The position numbers were made by a program, and so were the translations under genes. Positions 1 to 9,509 of a DNA stretch of 64,000 bases are shown here, in pieces. Below the pieces are notes generated by a model, which had not been told where the DNA came from, ran no database searches, and saw only the letters and a list, made by a program, of their open reading frames with translations. Each line of letters opens with the position of its first letter. Positions within the stretch are counted from its first letter, which is position 1. Source of the DNA: Rhodospirillaceae bacterium (GTDB lineage: Bacteria > Pseudomonadota > Alphaproteobacteria > GCA-2731375); contig JABIRL010000145.1 of the NCBI GenBank assembly GCA_018667855.1, positions 151 to 64,150 of the forward strand, read 5' to 3'.

Positions 1-739
1 CACCAATGGATGCCGCCTCCGTCGGCGTGGCGACGCCGCCGTAAATCGATCCGACCACGGCCATGAACAGCACAATGGGCGGCAGCAGATGGGGCAGGGT
101 CCTGAAGCGGTCGCCCCAATTGGTTTCGATCTTGGAGCCGCCCCACGACGGCCGCCATAAACAGGCGAAGATGATCGTCAACATAAACAGCCCGGACAAA
201 ATGACACCCGGCACAATACCGGCAAGATAGAGCTCCGGTACGGAAGTGTCGGTCAACAGCCCGTAAATGATCAAATTGATGGACGGCGGCACCAGAATAC
301 CCAGGGTGCCGCCCGCGGCCAGCGAGCCGAGAAACAGCCGCTCGTTATAGCTCCTGGCCTCAATCTCCGGATAGGCCACGGTGCCAACTGTCGCCGCCGT
401 CGCCACGGAGGACCCCGACGAGGCGGCAAATATCGTGCAGGAGCCGATATTGGCGTGCATCAAACCGCCGGGCAGCCATGACAACCACTGGATGACGGCA
501 CCGTACATGCGCCGGGCGATACCGGCGCGCAGCATAATCTCACCCAGTAGAATGAACATGGGAACGGCGACAAGAATAAAATTCTTGCTGTTTTCCCAAT
601 AAATTTCCGCCAGGGCGGCGGTCAATCGCCCATCCATGGCGACTTCATCCAAAACGAAACTGAGAATACCAAGCACCGCGGCGACGGGCACGGCGGATAG
701 TATCAATACAAGCAGTCCTACGACGATTCCCGTAACCAT
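1..739 (-). CDS. dctM: TRAP transporter large permease DctM (3' end runs off the window)
   Basis: Minus-strand frame from ATG 739 (MVTGIVVGLLVLILSAVPVAAVLG...) with DctM motifs AASSGSSVATAATVG and LAAGGTLGILVPPSINLIIYG; directly downstream of dctQ. Confidence 0.9.
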   Translation of the reverse strand, partial: MVTGIVVGLLVLILSAVPVAAVLGILSFVLDEVAMDGRLTAALAEIYWENSKNFILVAVPMFILLGEIMLRAGIARRMYGAVIQWLSWLPGGLMHANIGSCTIFAASSGSSVATAATVGTVAYPEIEARSYNERLFLGSLAAGGTLGILVPPSINLIIYGLLTDTSVPELYLAGIVPGVILSGLFMLTIIFACLWRPSWGGSKIETNWGDRFRTLPHLLPPIVLFMAVVGSIYGGVATPTEAASIG

Positions 740-743
740 TGTC

Positions 744-1355
744 TTACTTCGTCCCCTCTGCGCCGTCGCCAGTTGCCAGGACGACATCCTGACCGTGAGT
801 TTCCTCCTGCATCACTTCGGCGATGGAAGGGACGCCAACCAGACGGGCGACAAGTGCCCAATTGCCTTGCAACAGGCTGATAGTGGCGTAAAACGTCATG
901 AATATCAGGGTCAGGAAAAACATGGCCAATCCCGCAAACCAGAATAACTGCGGGATCCACTGTGGTGTGCCGAGGGTGGTGATCGATACGGAATTGTTTT
1001 GATAGGAATCCACGAAGGCCAAACCGGCGTAATAGGTCATGTACGACATGTAATACAAAAACAGGATGCAGCCCACGACATCGAGCACGGCGGTCAGCTG
1101 TTTCGGAAACCTGCTATACAGCGCATCAATCCGCACATTGGAGCGATGCAGCAAACAGTATGAATAGGCCCAGGTGGTGGTGGCCGAAAATACATAACCC
1201 GTGTACTCATCCGAACCACTCATGGTCATACCGAGGAATTTTCGGAACATCACGTCAACCGCGACCATCATGGCAGCCGCCATTAACGTTGCACCGCCCA
1301 CCCAGACGGCCACGCGGGAGAGGTGCTCCAGGCGTTTGTGGATTTTGGCAAGCAT
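744..1355 (-). CDS. dctQ: TRAP transporter small permease DctQ
   Basis: 4 hydrophobic segments, NVRID motif, TLGTPQWIPQ loop; lies between dctP and dctM. Confidence 0.9.
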   Translation of the reverse strand: MLAKIHKRLEHLSRVAVWVGGATLMAAAMMVAVDVMFRKFLGMTMSGSDEYTGYVFSATTTWAYSYCLLHRSNVRIDALYSRFPKQLTAVLDVVGCILFLYYMSYMTYYAGLAFVDSYQNNSVSITTLGTPQWIPQLFWFAGLAMFFLTLIFMTFYATISLLQGNWALVARLVGVPSIAEVMQEETHGQDVVLATGDGAEGTK

Positions 1356-1433
1356 GAAATTCTTCCTTGGCTCGGACGCGGTAAATCGTGGGGCTCAATC
1401 GTGCGGCTTAAGTGCAATGGCGGTCCGAGGGTT

Positions 1434-1476
1434 ACGAAACTGGCGCCGCGCTATTGCAAACGCGGCGCCATTTCGT
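1434..1476. terminator. Intergenic stem-loop between dctP and dctQ (mRNA stabiliser or partial terminator)
   Basis: ACGAAA-c-TGGCGCCGCG [10-nt loop] CGCGGCGCCA-TTTCGT inverted repeat. Confidence 0.6.
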
Positions 1477-1494
1477 GTGTCAGATTGGCGGTGA

Positions 1495-2577
1495 CTACAT
1501 GGAAGCCTTGACACCGGCCAATTTGCCGATGGTCGCATTCCACTCGTCAACGCATTTCTGCGTGCCACAGCGTTTCGCCCAACGCTTCAGCACAAAGTTC
1601 TCCACGACTGACTTCAGAATTTTCTTGTCGGCCGCGGTCGGCTCGATCGGGATCATGCCGCCGGTCGGTCCGTCACAAGGACCGGAAGCATTGCAATCCA
1701 TGCCCTTTTGATCGTTGGTAGCGGTTGCCACCCACATGGCTTCTTCCAGTTTCGCCAATTCCTTGTTGAACAGGCCTTGGGTGTCGCCATCCAGGCTGTT
1801 CCAAAGTTTCAGGTTCATGGCCAGGAAAGACGAGGCATAGCCGAGGCGAATGCGGATATTGTGGGTTACCACTTGATACCATTTGGCATTGTATGCCGGC
1901 AGGGTGCCCGTCAGGCCGCAGTCAGCCACGCCTTTTTGCAGCGCCGGAACCACTTCCGAGAAAGCAATGGTCACAGCCGTACCGCCAACACCTTCGATGA
2001 AGTCACCCAAGGTCTTGGAATAGGTGCGGATTTTCTTGCCCTTCAGCTGATCCAGGCCGAATTTGGTGATGCTCTTGTCGCCAAGATTGCACCAAAGCTG
2101 CTGGCTGGGCCAGGCATAGATCATCAGCAATTTCGCGGCATACTTATCTTCGAACTCACGCGCCAGAATGGAGCGATAGGCTTCATTCGCTTTGCGATAG
2201 GTCGGTAGATCCTGAATGACGCCGGACAGATCCGCGCCTTCAATGGCGGGGCTGTCCTGGGACACATAAGTTGTTACGCCATGCACGGCGTCATAAACGC
2301 CAAGCTTCAACAGACGCATGACTTCGTAGCCGGACAAACCTAATTCGGTCAGTGGCTTTGCATTCGCGGTCAGGACGCCGCCCGAGACCTTGGGCAGAAC
2401 ATCTTTCCAGAACGGGCCTTCCCGCTCTTTCCAGTGGTCAAGGAAACCCCAAGTGCCAACAACCTTAAACTCACGCTTCTTCATCTCCGCCGATGCCGGC
2501 GCGGCGGCCAGACCCAGGACCATGGCCCCGGCAATCGCCCCCGCAACGGCGGTCTTTATCACTTTAAATTTTTTCAT
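1495..2577 (-). CDS. dctP: TRAP transporter substrate-binding protein DctP
   Basis: Signal peptide, LKGKKIRT with conserved Arg, FSEVVPALQKGVADC motif. Confidence 0.9.
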   Translation of the reverse strand: MKKFKVIKTAVAGAIAGAMVLGLAAAPASAEMKKREFKVVGTWGFLDHWKEREGPFWKDVLPKVSGGVLTANAKPLTELGLSGYEVMRLLKLGVYDAVHGVTTYVSQDSPAIEGADLSGVIQDLPTYRKANEAYRSILAREFEDKYAAKLLMIYAWPSQQLWCNLGDKSITKFGLDQLKGKKIRTYSKTLGDFIEGVGGTAVTIAFSEVVPALQKGVADCGLTGTLPAYNAKWYQVVTHNIRIRLGYASSFLAMNLKLWNSLDGDTQGLFNKELAKLEEAMWVATATNDQKGMDCNASGPCDGPTGGMIPIEPTAADKKILKSVVENFVLKRWAKRCGTQKCVDEWNATIGKLAGVKASM

Positions 2578-2733
2578 GATGACCTCCCATGTCTTTATGA
2601 TGTGGTCTAAGGGTAGTCGACGGCGACGGGCGAGGCAACTGCCGCTATCCTTGGCGGTTCAATTTATCGTGCGGCTGTGCGGTAATGATGCTGTCAAAAC
2701 AAATGTTTGAATATGGTGTGGTGGAGTAAGTTC

Positions 2734-3522
2734 ATGGCGAAAAACAATTACGACGTTGGCGAAAAAGTGGCGCTTGTTACCGGCGGTGCATCGGGAATTG
2801 GCGCGGAAACGGCGCGGTTGCTGGCCGCCAATGGCGCCGCGGTCGCGGTCGCCGATATCAACGGCGAGGGCGGTGCGGAAACGGTCGCGGCGATTGAGGC
2901 GGCGGGCGGGCAGGCGGTCTACATCTCCCTGGATGTAACATCGGAAGCGTCATGGACGGCGGCGGTGGCCTCGGTCGTGGAACGATTTGGCGGCCTGCAT
3001 ATCGTGGTCAATGGCGCCGGCATCGAGGTCATGGCAAAGATTGCCGATACCAGCCTGGAAGTTTTTCATCGGGTCATGGCGGTGAATGTGGACGGCGTGT
3101 TTCTGGGTATCAAGCATGCCATGCCGGCGATGCGGGACGCGGGCGGCGGTTCGATCATCAATATATCCTCCATTGCCGGTATTCGCGGTTATAACCGTCA
3201 AATCGCTTATGTCGCCTCGAAAGGCGCCGTGCGTTTGATGACCAAGGCGGCGGCGGCGGAGGCGGCCTTTTACGGTTTCAACGTACGGGTCAATTCGGTT
3301 CATCCCGGCGCCATCGACACCCCCATGGTCCGGGGCATGATGGCGCACCACGATGAAGCGGGACAACAGGCGGGGATGGAGAAAATGCGCCAGATGCACC
3401 CCATCGGGCGCATGGGCCAGCCAATCGATATCGCCAACGCAATCCTGTTTCTGGCCTCGGACGCCTCCAGCTTCATGACGGGGTCGGAGGTCGTGGTTGA
3501 CGGCGGCATCACAGCCACCTGA
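2734..3522 (+). CDS. Short-chain dehydrogenase/reductase (classical SDR)
   Basis: TGGASGIG, VNGAG, YVASK catalytic motif, VVDGG C-terminus. Confidence 0.93.
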   Translation: MAKNNYDVGEKVALVTGGASGIGAETARLLAANGAAVAVADINGEGGAETVAAIEAAGGQAVYISLDVTSEASWTAAVASVVERFGGLHIVVNGAGIEVMAKIADTSLEVFHRVMAVNVDGVFLGIKHAMPAMRDAGGGSIINISSIAGIRGYNRQIAYVASKGAVRLMTKAAAAEAAFYGFNVRVNSVHPGAIDTPMVRGMMAHHDEAGQQAGMEKMRQMHPIGRMGQPIDIANAILFLASDASSFMTGSEVVVDGGITAT

Positions 3523-3536
3523 TGGATCGCGGGAAA

Positions 3537-4538
3537 CTAGTCCTGTTGAAAATATTCAGTGTAGGCGAATAATCCCGGCATGCCGCCGGTGTGGAGGAAC
3601 ACAACGGTCTGATCCTTGTCAAAGCGGCCCTGGCTGATCAAATCGATCAATCCCGCCATGGCCTTGCCGGTATAAACGGGATCCAGGATCAGCCCGTCCA
3701 TGCGCGCGGCCAAGCGCACCGCCGCCCGCATCTGTTCCGTCGGCAGGCCATAGGCTTCGCCAGCATATCCTTCGATAATTTGCAATGCGTTCCTGTCCAA
3801 GGCCTCGTCCCCACCCAGATGGTGCAGCGTCGCCTGAGTGATGCTGCGTACTTTTTTCTTCAGATCCGCCGCATTCGCCGTGATGTCGATGCCCAGGACC
3901 TGGGTTGAGCTTCCCGAAAGCTGCATGCCGGCGACAAGGCCGGCCTGGGTGCCGCCGCTGCCCGAGGCGTGAACCAGATAGTCGACCTTTTCGCCCAATT
4001 CCGCTGCCTGGTCCGCCAGTTCCATGGCGCAGGCAACGTAGCCCAACGCGCCAACGGCGTTGGAGCCGCCACTGGGAATGACATAAACCGCTTTGCCCTG
4101 GGAATTGAGAACCCGGGCCAAACGCCCCATGGCCTTGTCCCGGTCCGTGCCCGGCGGCAATAGATGCACTTGGGCGCCCAGCAGATGATCCAGCAGAACA
4201 TTGCCGGAAACATCGTAGGCAGGGTCATTCCAGGTAACCGCCGGGGCCAACACCAGATGGCAGGACAGCCCGGCCCGGGCGGCGGCGGCGGCGGTCTGGC
4301 GTACATGGTTCGATTGCACGCCGCCGGTTGTCAGAAGTGTATCCGCGCCCTGGGCCAAGGCTTCGGCAATCAGGAATTCCAGCTTACGGGTTTTGTTCCC
4401 GCCTAAGGCAAGGCCGGTGCAGTCGTCCCGCTTCACCAAAATGCGCGGCCCGCCCAGATGCACGGCAAGACGCGCCATGGGTTCCAGCGGCGTGGGTAAA
4501 TGGGCAATGCTTTGGCGGGGGAATTCGGATAATTCCAT
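3537..4538 (-). CDS. D-cysteine desulfhydrase-family PLP enzyme
   Basis: KRDDCTGLALGGNKTRKLEF, QSNHVR, SGSGGT, LDPVYTGKA, HTGG. Confidence 0.9.
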   Translation of the reverse strand: MELSEFPRQSIAHLPTPLEPMARLAVHLGGPRILVKRDDCTGLALGGNKTRKLEFLIAEALAQGADTLLTTGGVQSNHVRQTAAAAARAGLSCHLVLAPAVTWNDPAYDVSGNVLLDHLLGAQVHLLPPGTDRDKAMGRLARVLNSQGKAVYVIPSGGSNAVGALGYVACAMELADQAAELGEKVDYLVHASGSGGTQAGLVAGMQLSGSSTQVLGIDITANAADLKKKVRSITQATLHHLGGDEALDRNALQIIEGYAGEAYGLPTEQMRAAVRLAARMDGLILDPVYTGKAMAGLIDLISQGRFDKDQTVVFLHTGGMPGLFAYTEYFQQD

Positions 4539-4547
4539 ATTGGGGGC

Positions 4548-4985
4548 TCACTCAAACAAGCTTGACGATAATTTAAATTCACTCGATACCATCAATAAAT
4601 GAGACGCGCATTGCTTGCAATCACTACTGCCAAATCCTGCAACCGGCACAAATGTTCCCGCTGTCGCGGAAATCCGTTCGCGCAGATCACATTCGGAACG
4701 GTCGGTACGCCAATCGAGGTCCAGAATCTCACCGGCCAGGGTGAGGTGGTCGATGTGCCAATGAATGGATTTGTCCCGGTTCAGATGCCGGCCGACCCGC
4801 GCCGCAAGACCACCCGGTCCGCGGGCGCTGCCGCAATAGACATACCGCCCGGGCTCCAATGTTGGTTGTCCCAAGCGTACAACAGGCAATTCCAGCGGCC
4901 GGGGTAGATCGATCAACAGGACGTATGCGCCGGGATGCTTGGGCAGATCGAAGCCACGCGCCACTATATTATTTCGCCTTGTCAC
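4548..4985 (-). CDS. GIY-YIG nuclease family protein (DUF123-like)
   Basis: GAYVL...YVYCGSA, HWHIDHL, GFGSSDCKQCASHL motifs. Confidence 0.85.
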   Translation of the reverse strand: MTRRNNIVARGFDLPKHPGAYVLLIDLPRPLELPVVRLGQPTLEPGRYVYCGSARGPGGLAARVGRHLNRDKSIHWHIDHLTLAGEILDLDWRTDRSECDLRERISATAGTFVPVAGFGSSDCKQCASHLLMVSSEFKLSSSLFE

Positions 4986-5241
4986 CCGTTTTGCGGATGG
5001 TCACGGTAGAGCCGGCGATGACAAAGGCCACAGTGCCGTTCGAGGCCTCATAAGTCCAGGTTTCCAACGGGCCGAGCTTGGAAATATCATCCGGTTTGCC
5101 CAAGACATTTGTCAGGCTTGCCTTGTCCGTAACATTTTCTGTCTTGGCCAGAATCTCTTCTTTGCTGTCTTCGAAACAGCCGGTCAGCAGAGGCAGGGCA
5201 ATGACAAAAGTAGCCAAATGTTTCCAGGAACGCGTTTTCAT
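4969..5241 (-). CDS. Small lipoprotein, possibly SmpA/OmlA(BamE)-like fold
   Basis: Lipobox LLTG-C after a basic then hydrophobic leader; VLGKPD...ETWTY pattern; start codon uncertain. Confidence 0.65.
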   Translation of the reverse strand: MKTRSWKHLATFVIALPLLTGCFEDSKEEILAKTENVTDKASLTNVLGKPDDISKLGPLETWTYEASNGTVAFVIAGSTVTIRKTGDKAK

Positions 5242-5291
5242 ATCAAAATCGTCCTCTTTCATTTTTTCCGCGGCGCCGCAGTCGCGGCCAT

Positions 5292-6173
5292 TCAGCCGTG
5301 ATGCCAACGCGCGGCGTAGGCCTCGCCCGCCCGGTCGATATGGCAACAATGGGGCGGGCCGAAATGCGCCGGCATCAAAAGGGCGCCGCGATCAACACAG
5401 AAATCCAGGACCCGGCGCCGGGACGTTCGGGCCTCGTCCGCCAGGATGCAAAACCGGCTGTTCCAATCCGGGTAATAGATCTGCAAGGGATGGTGCAGGA
5501 TATCACCGGTAAAAATGGCGGCCTCCGAACCGGTCTCCATGGTCAGGGTGATATGTCCCGGCGTGTGCCCCGGCGCCGGTTCCAGCAACAGGCCGTCAGC
5601 CAGAGCATGGGCGCCGTCGGTCATTTCCGCCCGGCCCTGTTCGACGATGGGCAGGACGGAATCCTCGAAACTATGGCGGTCCATGTCCTCGGCGTTGGCT
5701 TGGAAATGTTCGAACTCCGTGCGGGAGAAGACGTATTTGGCGTTGGGAAAGGTCGGGACCCAGCGGCCATCCCGCAACTGGGTGTTCCAACCCACGTGAT
5801 CCACGTGCAGATGGGTGCACATGACCACGTCGATGTCATCCGGCCGGAAGCCAGCCTCGGCCAGGCGCTCCAGATAGGGGCTCTGGTTTTGGTGCCAGCG
5901 TTCGGCGGGCATGCGGTTCTTGTCATTGCCGATGCAGGTGTCGATCAGCACGGTCAGGCCGCCCATCTGCAGTACCCAGGAATGCATGTTCAACAGCGCC
6001 GTCATTTTTTCCGGATTAACATAATGGGGCACCAGCCAATCCTTGTGCGCCTCGAATATGCTCTCGTCCCAATCGGGGAACAGGGTGGACAGACGGAAGG
6101 CCGGGCCGGCCATTTCCTCGACCCGGGTGACCCTGGCCCCACCGATATCCAAATGACTGATGTGATCGTTCAT
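5292..6173 (-). CDS. MBL-fold metallo-hydrolase
   Basis: THLHVDHVGWN, PGHTPGH, TGDILHHP, PAHF; ATGA overlap with the upstream gene. Confidence 0.92.
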   Translation of the reverse strand: MNDHISHLDIGGARVTRVEEMAGPAFRLSTLFPDWDESIFEAHKDWLVPHYVNPEKMTALLNMHSWVLQMGGLTVLIDTCIGNDKNRMPAERWHQNQSPYLERLAEAGFRPDDIDVVMCTHLHVDHVGWNTQLRDGRWVPTFPNAKYVFSRTEFEHFQANAEDMDRHSFEDSVLPIVEQGRAEMTDGAHALADGLLLEPAPGHTPGHITLTMETGSEAAIFTGDILHHPLQIYYPDWNSRFCILADEARTSRRRVLDFCVDRGALLMPAHFGPPHCCHIDRAGEAYAARWHHG

Positions 6174-7075
6174 GCCGCGGCCTCCGGTTTTTTCTTGATA
6201 TAGGGTTGTAACAGACGGCAAACGCCGTCGGCGGTCAAAATGATGCGCTCTTCGTGATGCACTCTGGCCCGGATGAAGGCGAAGCCATCGTCCATATGGG
6301 TGACTTCCGTGGTGCCCTCGATCCAGGCGCCCAGCGGCCCGGCGGAGAGGTATTCCACATTCATGGCCACGGTCGTGGCGTGGCGTCGCGAAATTCCCGA
6401 TGCGGCGCGGCCAATAATGTCATCGGCGAAGGTGAACAGGACACCGCCATGGACGATACCGTTGGTATTGTCATGGATGGCCCTGGCGTGAAAGCCGTTG
6501 ATAAAATCGCCATTGGCCTTGCGGCGGTAGTACACCGGACCGCACAGCCCAGGAAAGGCGCCCTGGTCCGGAAACGGCTGAAAGCCCGCCGGTGCCTCCG
6601 GCCTGTCATCATTGGGCGGTGGGGCGGCCGGTTCAGATCCGGCGTGCTGGCCCGGCTCGTACGGTGCGAACAATTTGTAGCAGGTATCGGCGGTCATCAG
6701 GGTGCGGTCGCCGGTGAACAGGCGGACCCGCAGAAACGCCATGGTGCGGGTGCTCCTGACAATTTCCACTTCACCTTCCACCAGGCAGTCCAGGGGGCCG
6801 GGGGCCAGGTATTCGACCTTGAATTTGACCGTCGCACACATCCGTTTGAGATTAAACACAATGGCATGGCCGGTGATGTGGTCGGCGAAGCTGAACAGCG
6901 CGCCGCCGTGGGTGTCGCCATTGGGATTGGCATGCATGGCGGCGGTGTGGAAGGCATAACTGAAACCGCCGCCGGGTTTCGCGCGCACATAGAAAGGCCC
7001 AATGGCGTCGGCGAATAATCCGCTGTGACCGAAGGGTTCATATCCCGCCGGTATGTGGTGTTGCGCTATGTTCAT
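6170..7075 (-). CDS. Tandem (double) PaaI-type hotdog thioesterase
   Basis: Two repeats of N.nG..HGG.LF.FAD..G joined by a Pro-rich linker. Confidence 0.85.
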   Translation of the reverse strand: MNIAQHHIPAGYEPFGHSGLFADAIGPFYVRAKPGGGFSYAFHTAAMHANPNGDTHGGALFSFADHITGHAIVFNLKRMCATVKFKVEYLAPGPLDCLVEGEVEIVRSTRTMAFLRVRLFTGDRTLMTADTCYKLFAPYEPGQHAGSEPAAPPPNDDRPEAPAGFQPFPDQGAFPGLCGPVYYRRKANGDFINGFHARAIHDNTNGIVHGGVLFTFADDIIGRAASGISRRHATTVAMNVEYLSAGPLGAWIEGTTEVTHMDDGFAFIRARVHHEERIILTADGVCRLLQPYIKKKPEAAA

Positions 7076-7842
7076 GAAAGATCCGTCAGGTTGTCCGCAG
7101 TGGTGCGAAGTCGTTGGGCCAATTCCCGGCGCAGGGCGTCGTCCAGTTGCGCCGCCAGGCCGACCGCCACGACAGCCCGGCTTGGCGTCCCCGCCGGCAG
7201 GCCAATGGGCGCGGCCAGAACAATGATGCCGCGAATATAGTTACCGTCATCCATGGCGTAACCATCGCGCCGGGCGGCGGCGATCTCGTCCAGCCAGGTT
7301 TCAAACGCCGGCGGGTTCTGCCAGCGCAATTCCCCGAACCGGCGCGCCAGTTCCGCCCTGTCCCAATTATTTTGCGCCGCGATGCAGCGCCCGGTGGCCG
7401 ATATGAGGGCGGGGAACTGGCTGCCGATATTGACGTGAATGCTGAGGTCCAGGCGCGAACGGGCCAGGGCGGCTACCACCATATGATCCTGGCTGTCCAG
7501 TTCGACCGCCACGGCGGTAACATCAAAGTCGGCGGCAATAGACTCTAAATGCCCTTGGGCGGCCTGTACGAAGCCGCTGCGGCTTAACATATTGCGGGCA
7601 ATGCCCAGAATGCCGACGCCCAGGCTGTAGCGTTTCGCATTGGGATCGAATACCACCAGGCCTTCGTGAGCCAAGGTGCGCAGAATATGCAGCGCGGTGC
7701 TGGGGATCAGGTCCAGGTCGCGGGCAATGCGGTTGACCCCCATGGGCTCCTGGCTGCGTCCTAGATGGCGCAGGATTCCGGCCGCTCTGCTGACCGCCGT
7801 CACGGGCTTCGCCGGGCCCTTTTGCGCATCCTGTCGTGCCAT
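7072..7842 (-). CDS. IclR-family transcriptional regulator
   Basis: AVSRAAGIL...STALHILRTL HTH; C-terminal SATGR, GYAMD, LAAPI effector domain; start could be 7860. Confidence 0.92.
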   Translation of the reverse strand: MARQDAQKGPAKPVTAVSRAAGILRHLGRSQEPMGVNRIARDLDLIPSTALHILRTLAHEGLVVFDPNAKRYSLGVGILGIARNMLSRSGFVQAAQGHLESIAADFDVTAVAVELDSQDHMVVAALARSRLDLSIHVNIGSQFPALISATGRCIAAQNNWDRAELARRFGELRWQNPPAFETWLDEIAAARRDGYAMDDGNYIRGIIVLAAPIGLPAGTPSRAVVAVGLAAQLDDALRRELAQRLRTTADNLTDLS

Positions 7843-7870
7843 ATGTGTATTATCAGCCATCATTTTCATG

Positions 7871-7926
7871 TATTGTCTATCGACAATATTATTGCGTATT
7901 GACAATATTGTCCAGTTCCATAATGT
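7871..7926. promoter_or_regulatory. Divergent promoter with palindromic operators (probably bound by the IclR)
   Basis: TATTGTC-N4-GACAATA (7871-7888) and perfect GACAATATTGTC (7901-7912) overlapping TTGACA-N16-TAATGT upstream of the acyl-CoA synthetase. Confidence 0.55.
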
Positions 7927-7958
7927 TCCGGATATTCGCTTCAATTCAGGTTGATCGC

Positions 7959-9506
7959 ATGCCCTTGTTAACCGAATACACCTCTTTCGCCGATGCGCAG
8001 ACCCATTGTTCCAAGGAACGGCTTTGGGAACTGTTTGACGGCAGTCGCGACAGTATCAATATCGCCCACGAATGTATTGACCGCCATCCCCGTGATCGCG
8101 TCGCGGTGCGTATCGCCTTGGCGGCGGGCGGTTCGGAGAGCATCACATTCGGTGAACTGTCCGATTGGGCGGGACGCTATGCCAACTATTTGCGGGCCCA
8201 GGGTATCGGCCCCGGTGAACGGGTGGCCTTGATGGTGGAGCCGTCCCTGCCGTTTTATGTGGCGCTGTACGGCGCCATGAAAGCGGGCTGTGTGGCGGTG
8301 CCGTTGTTTACCCTGTTCGGGCCAGACGGCCTGCGCCTGCGGGTCGGCGACTGCCAACCGAAGCTGTTGCTGCTGGCGCCGGAAAAAGCCGACTTGGCGG
8401 CTGATGCGGGGTGCAATGTCGCCATCGCGGATGATGATTTCATGGCCATGTTGGAAAACCATGAAACCGCTTTTGAAACCACGACCACTGGCCGGGACAT
8501 GGCTATGTTTCAATACACCTCCGGCACCACGCGGGAATTGCCCGATGCGGTCAAGCACCGCCATCAATCGGTGGTCACGGTGATGCTGGCGGCCTTGTAC
8601 GGCACGGGTCAGCGCCCGGGCGATCGGTTCATGTGCCCCTCGTCCACGGCCTGGGGCCATGGCTTATGGCACGGCACTCTGGCGCCCCATGCCATGGGCA
8701 TCACCACGGCCAGCTATGCGGGCAAATTTGATCCCGATCGCCTGATGGCGGCCCTGGAAGAGTTCGACATTACCAATCTTTCGGCGGCGGCGACGCACTA
8801 TCGGATGATGAAAAACGCCGGCACCGCCGGGCGCTACAATTTCAACCTGGAAAAAGTCAGCTTTACCGGCGAACCGATGGACACGGATACGGCGGAATGG
8901 GCCAGGGAAACCTTCGGTCAGTATCCGGGTAGTTTTTACGGTACCACCGAAGTGGGCGTGCTGCTGGGCAGTTACCCCGGCGCAGACGACTTGCCGCCCA
9001 TGCTTGGTTCCCTCGGCATGCCCATGCCGGGACAGGAGGTGGCGATCCTAAACCCGCAGGGCGAACATTGTGCGCCAGATGAAGTGGGCGAGATCATGGT
9101 GATGCGGCCCGATGGCTGGTTCCCCACCAAGGATCGCGGCCATGTGGATGGGGACGGTTATTTCTATCACGGCGGCCGGGCCGATGACGTTATCATCTCC
9201 GCCGGCTACACCATGAGCGCCATGGAGATCGAGGATACCTTGCTGAAGCACGCTGATGTGCTGGAGGCCGCCGCCATCGGCGCTCCCGACGAGGTGCGCG
9301 GCCTGGTGGTCAAGGCGTTCATTGTTACCGACCGGCCCGGCGATGATGGCTTCATCAAGGAGCTGCAAACTTTCGTCCAGGACAATCTAAGCCGTCACGA
9401 ATATCCCCGCATCGTTGAATTCACCAATGAATTGCCGAAGACACCGGCGGGTAAAGTCAACCGCAAGACACTGCGCGACCGGGAAGCCGCCGCGCGAGGA
9501 GAATAG
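7959..9506 (+). CDS. Acyl-CoA synthetase (AMP-forming)
   Basis: YTSGTT P-loop, YGTTE, GRADD, PKTPAGKV motifs. Confidence 0.93.
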   Translation: MPLLTEYTSFADAQTHCSKERLWELFDGSRDSINIAHECIDRHPRDRVAVRIALAAGGSESITFGELSDWAGRYANYLRAQGIGPGERVALMVEPSLPFYVALYGAMKAGCVAVPLFTLFGPDGLRLRVGDCQPKLLLLAPEKADLAADAGCNVAIADDDFMAMLENHETAFETTTTGRDMAMFQYTSGTTRELPDAVKHRHQSVVTVMLAALYGTGQRPGDRFMCPSSTAWGHGLWHGTLAPHAMGITTASYAGKFDPDRLMAALEEFDITNLSAAATHYRMMKNAGTAGRYNFNLEKVSFTGEPMDTDTAEWARETFGQYPGSFYGTTEVGVLLGSYPGADDLPPMLGSLGMPMPGQEVAILNPQGEHCAPDEVGEIMVMRPDGWFPTKDRGHVDGDGYFYHGGRADDVIISAGYTMSAMEIEDTLLKHADVLEAAAIGAPDEVRGLVVKAFIVTDRPGDDGFIKELQTFVQDNLSRHEYPRIVEFTNELPKTPAGKVNRKTLRDREAAARGE

Positions 9507-9509
9507 AGC

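Noticed and set aside
3537-4538. ACC deaminase (acdS)
   Set aside because: It has DPVYTG and HTGG rather than the AcdS-diagnostic DPVYEG and HLGG, so it is D-cysteine desulfhydrase-like
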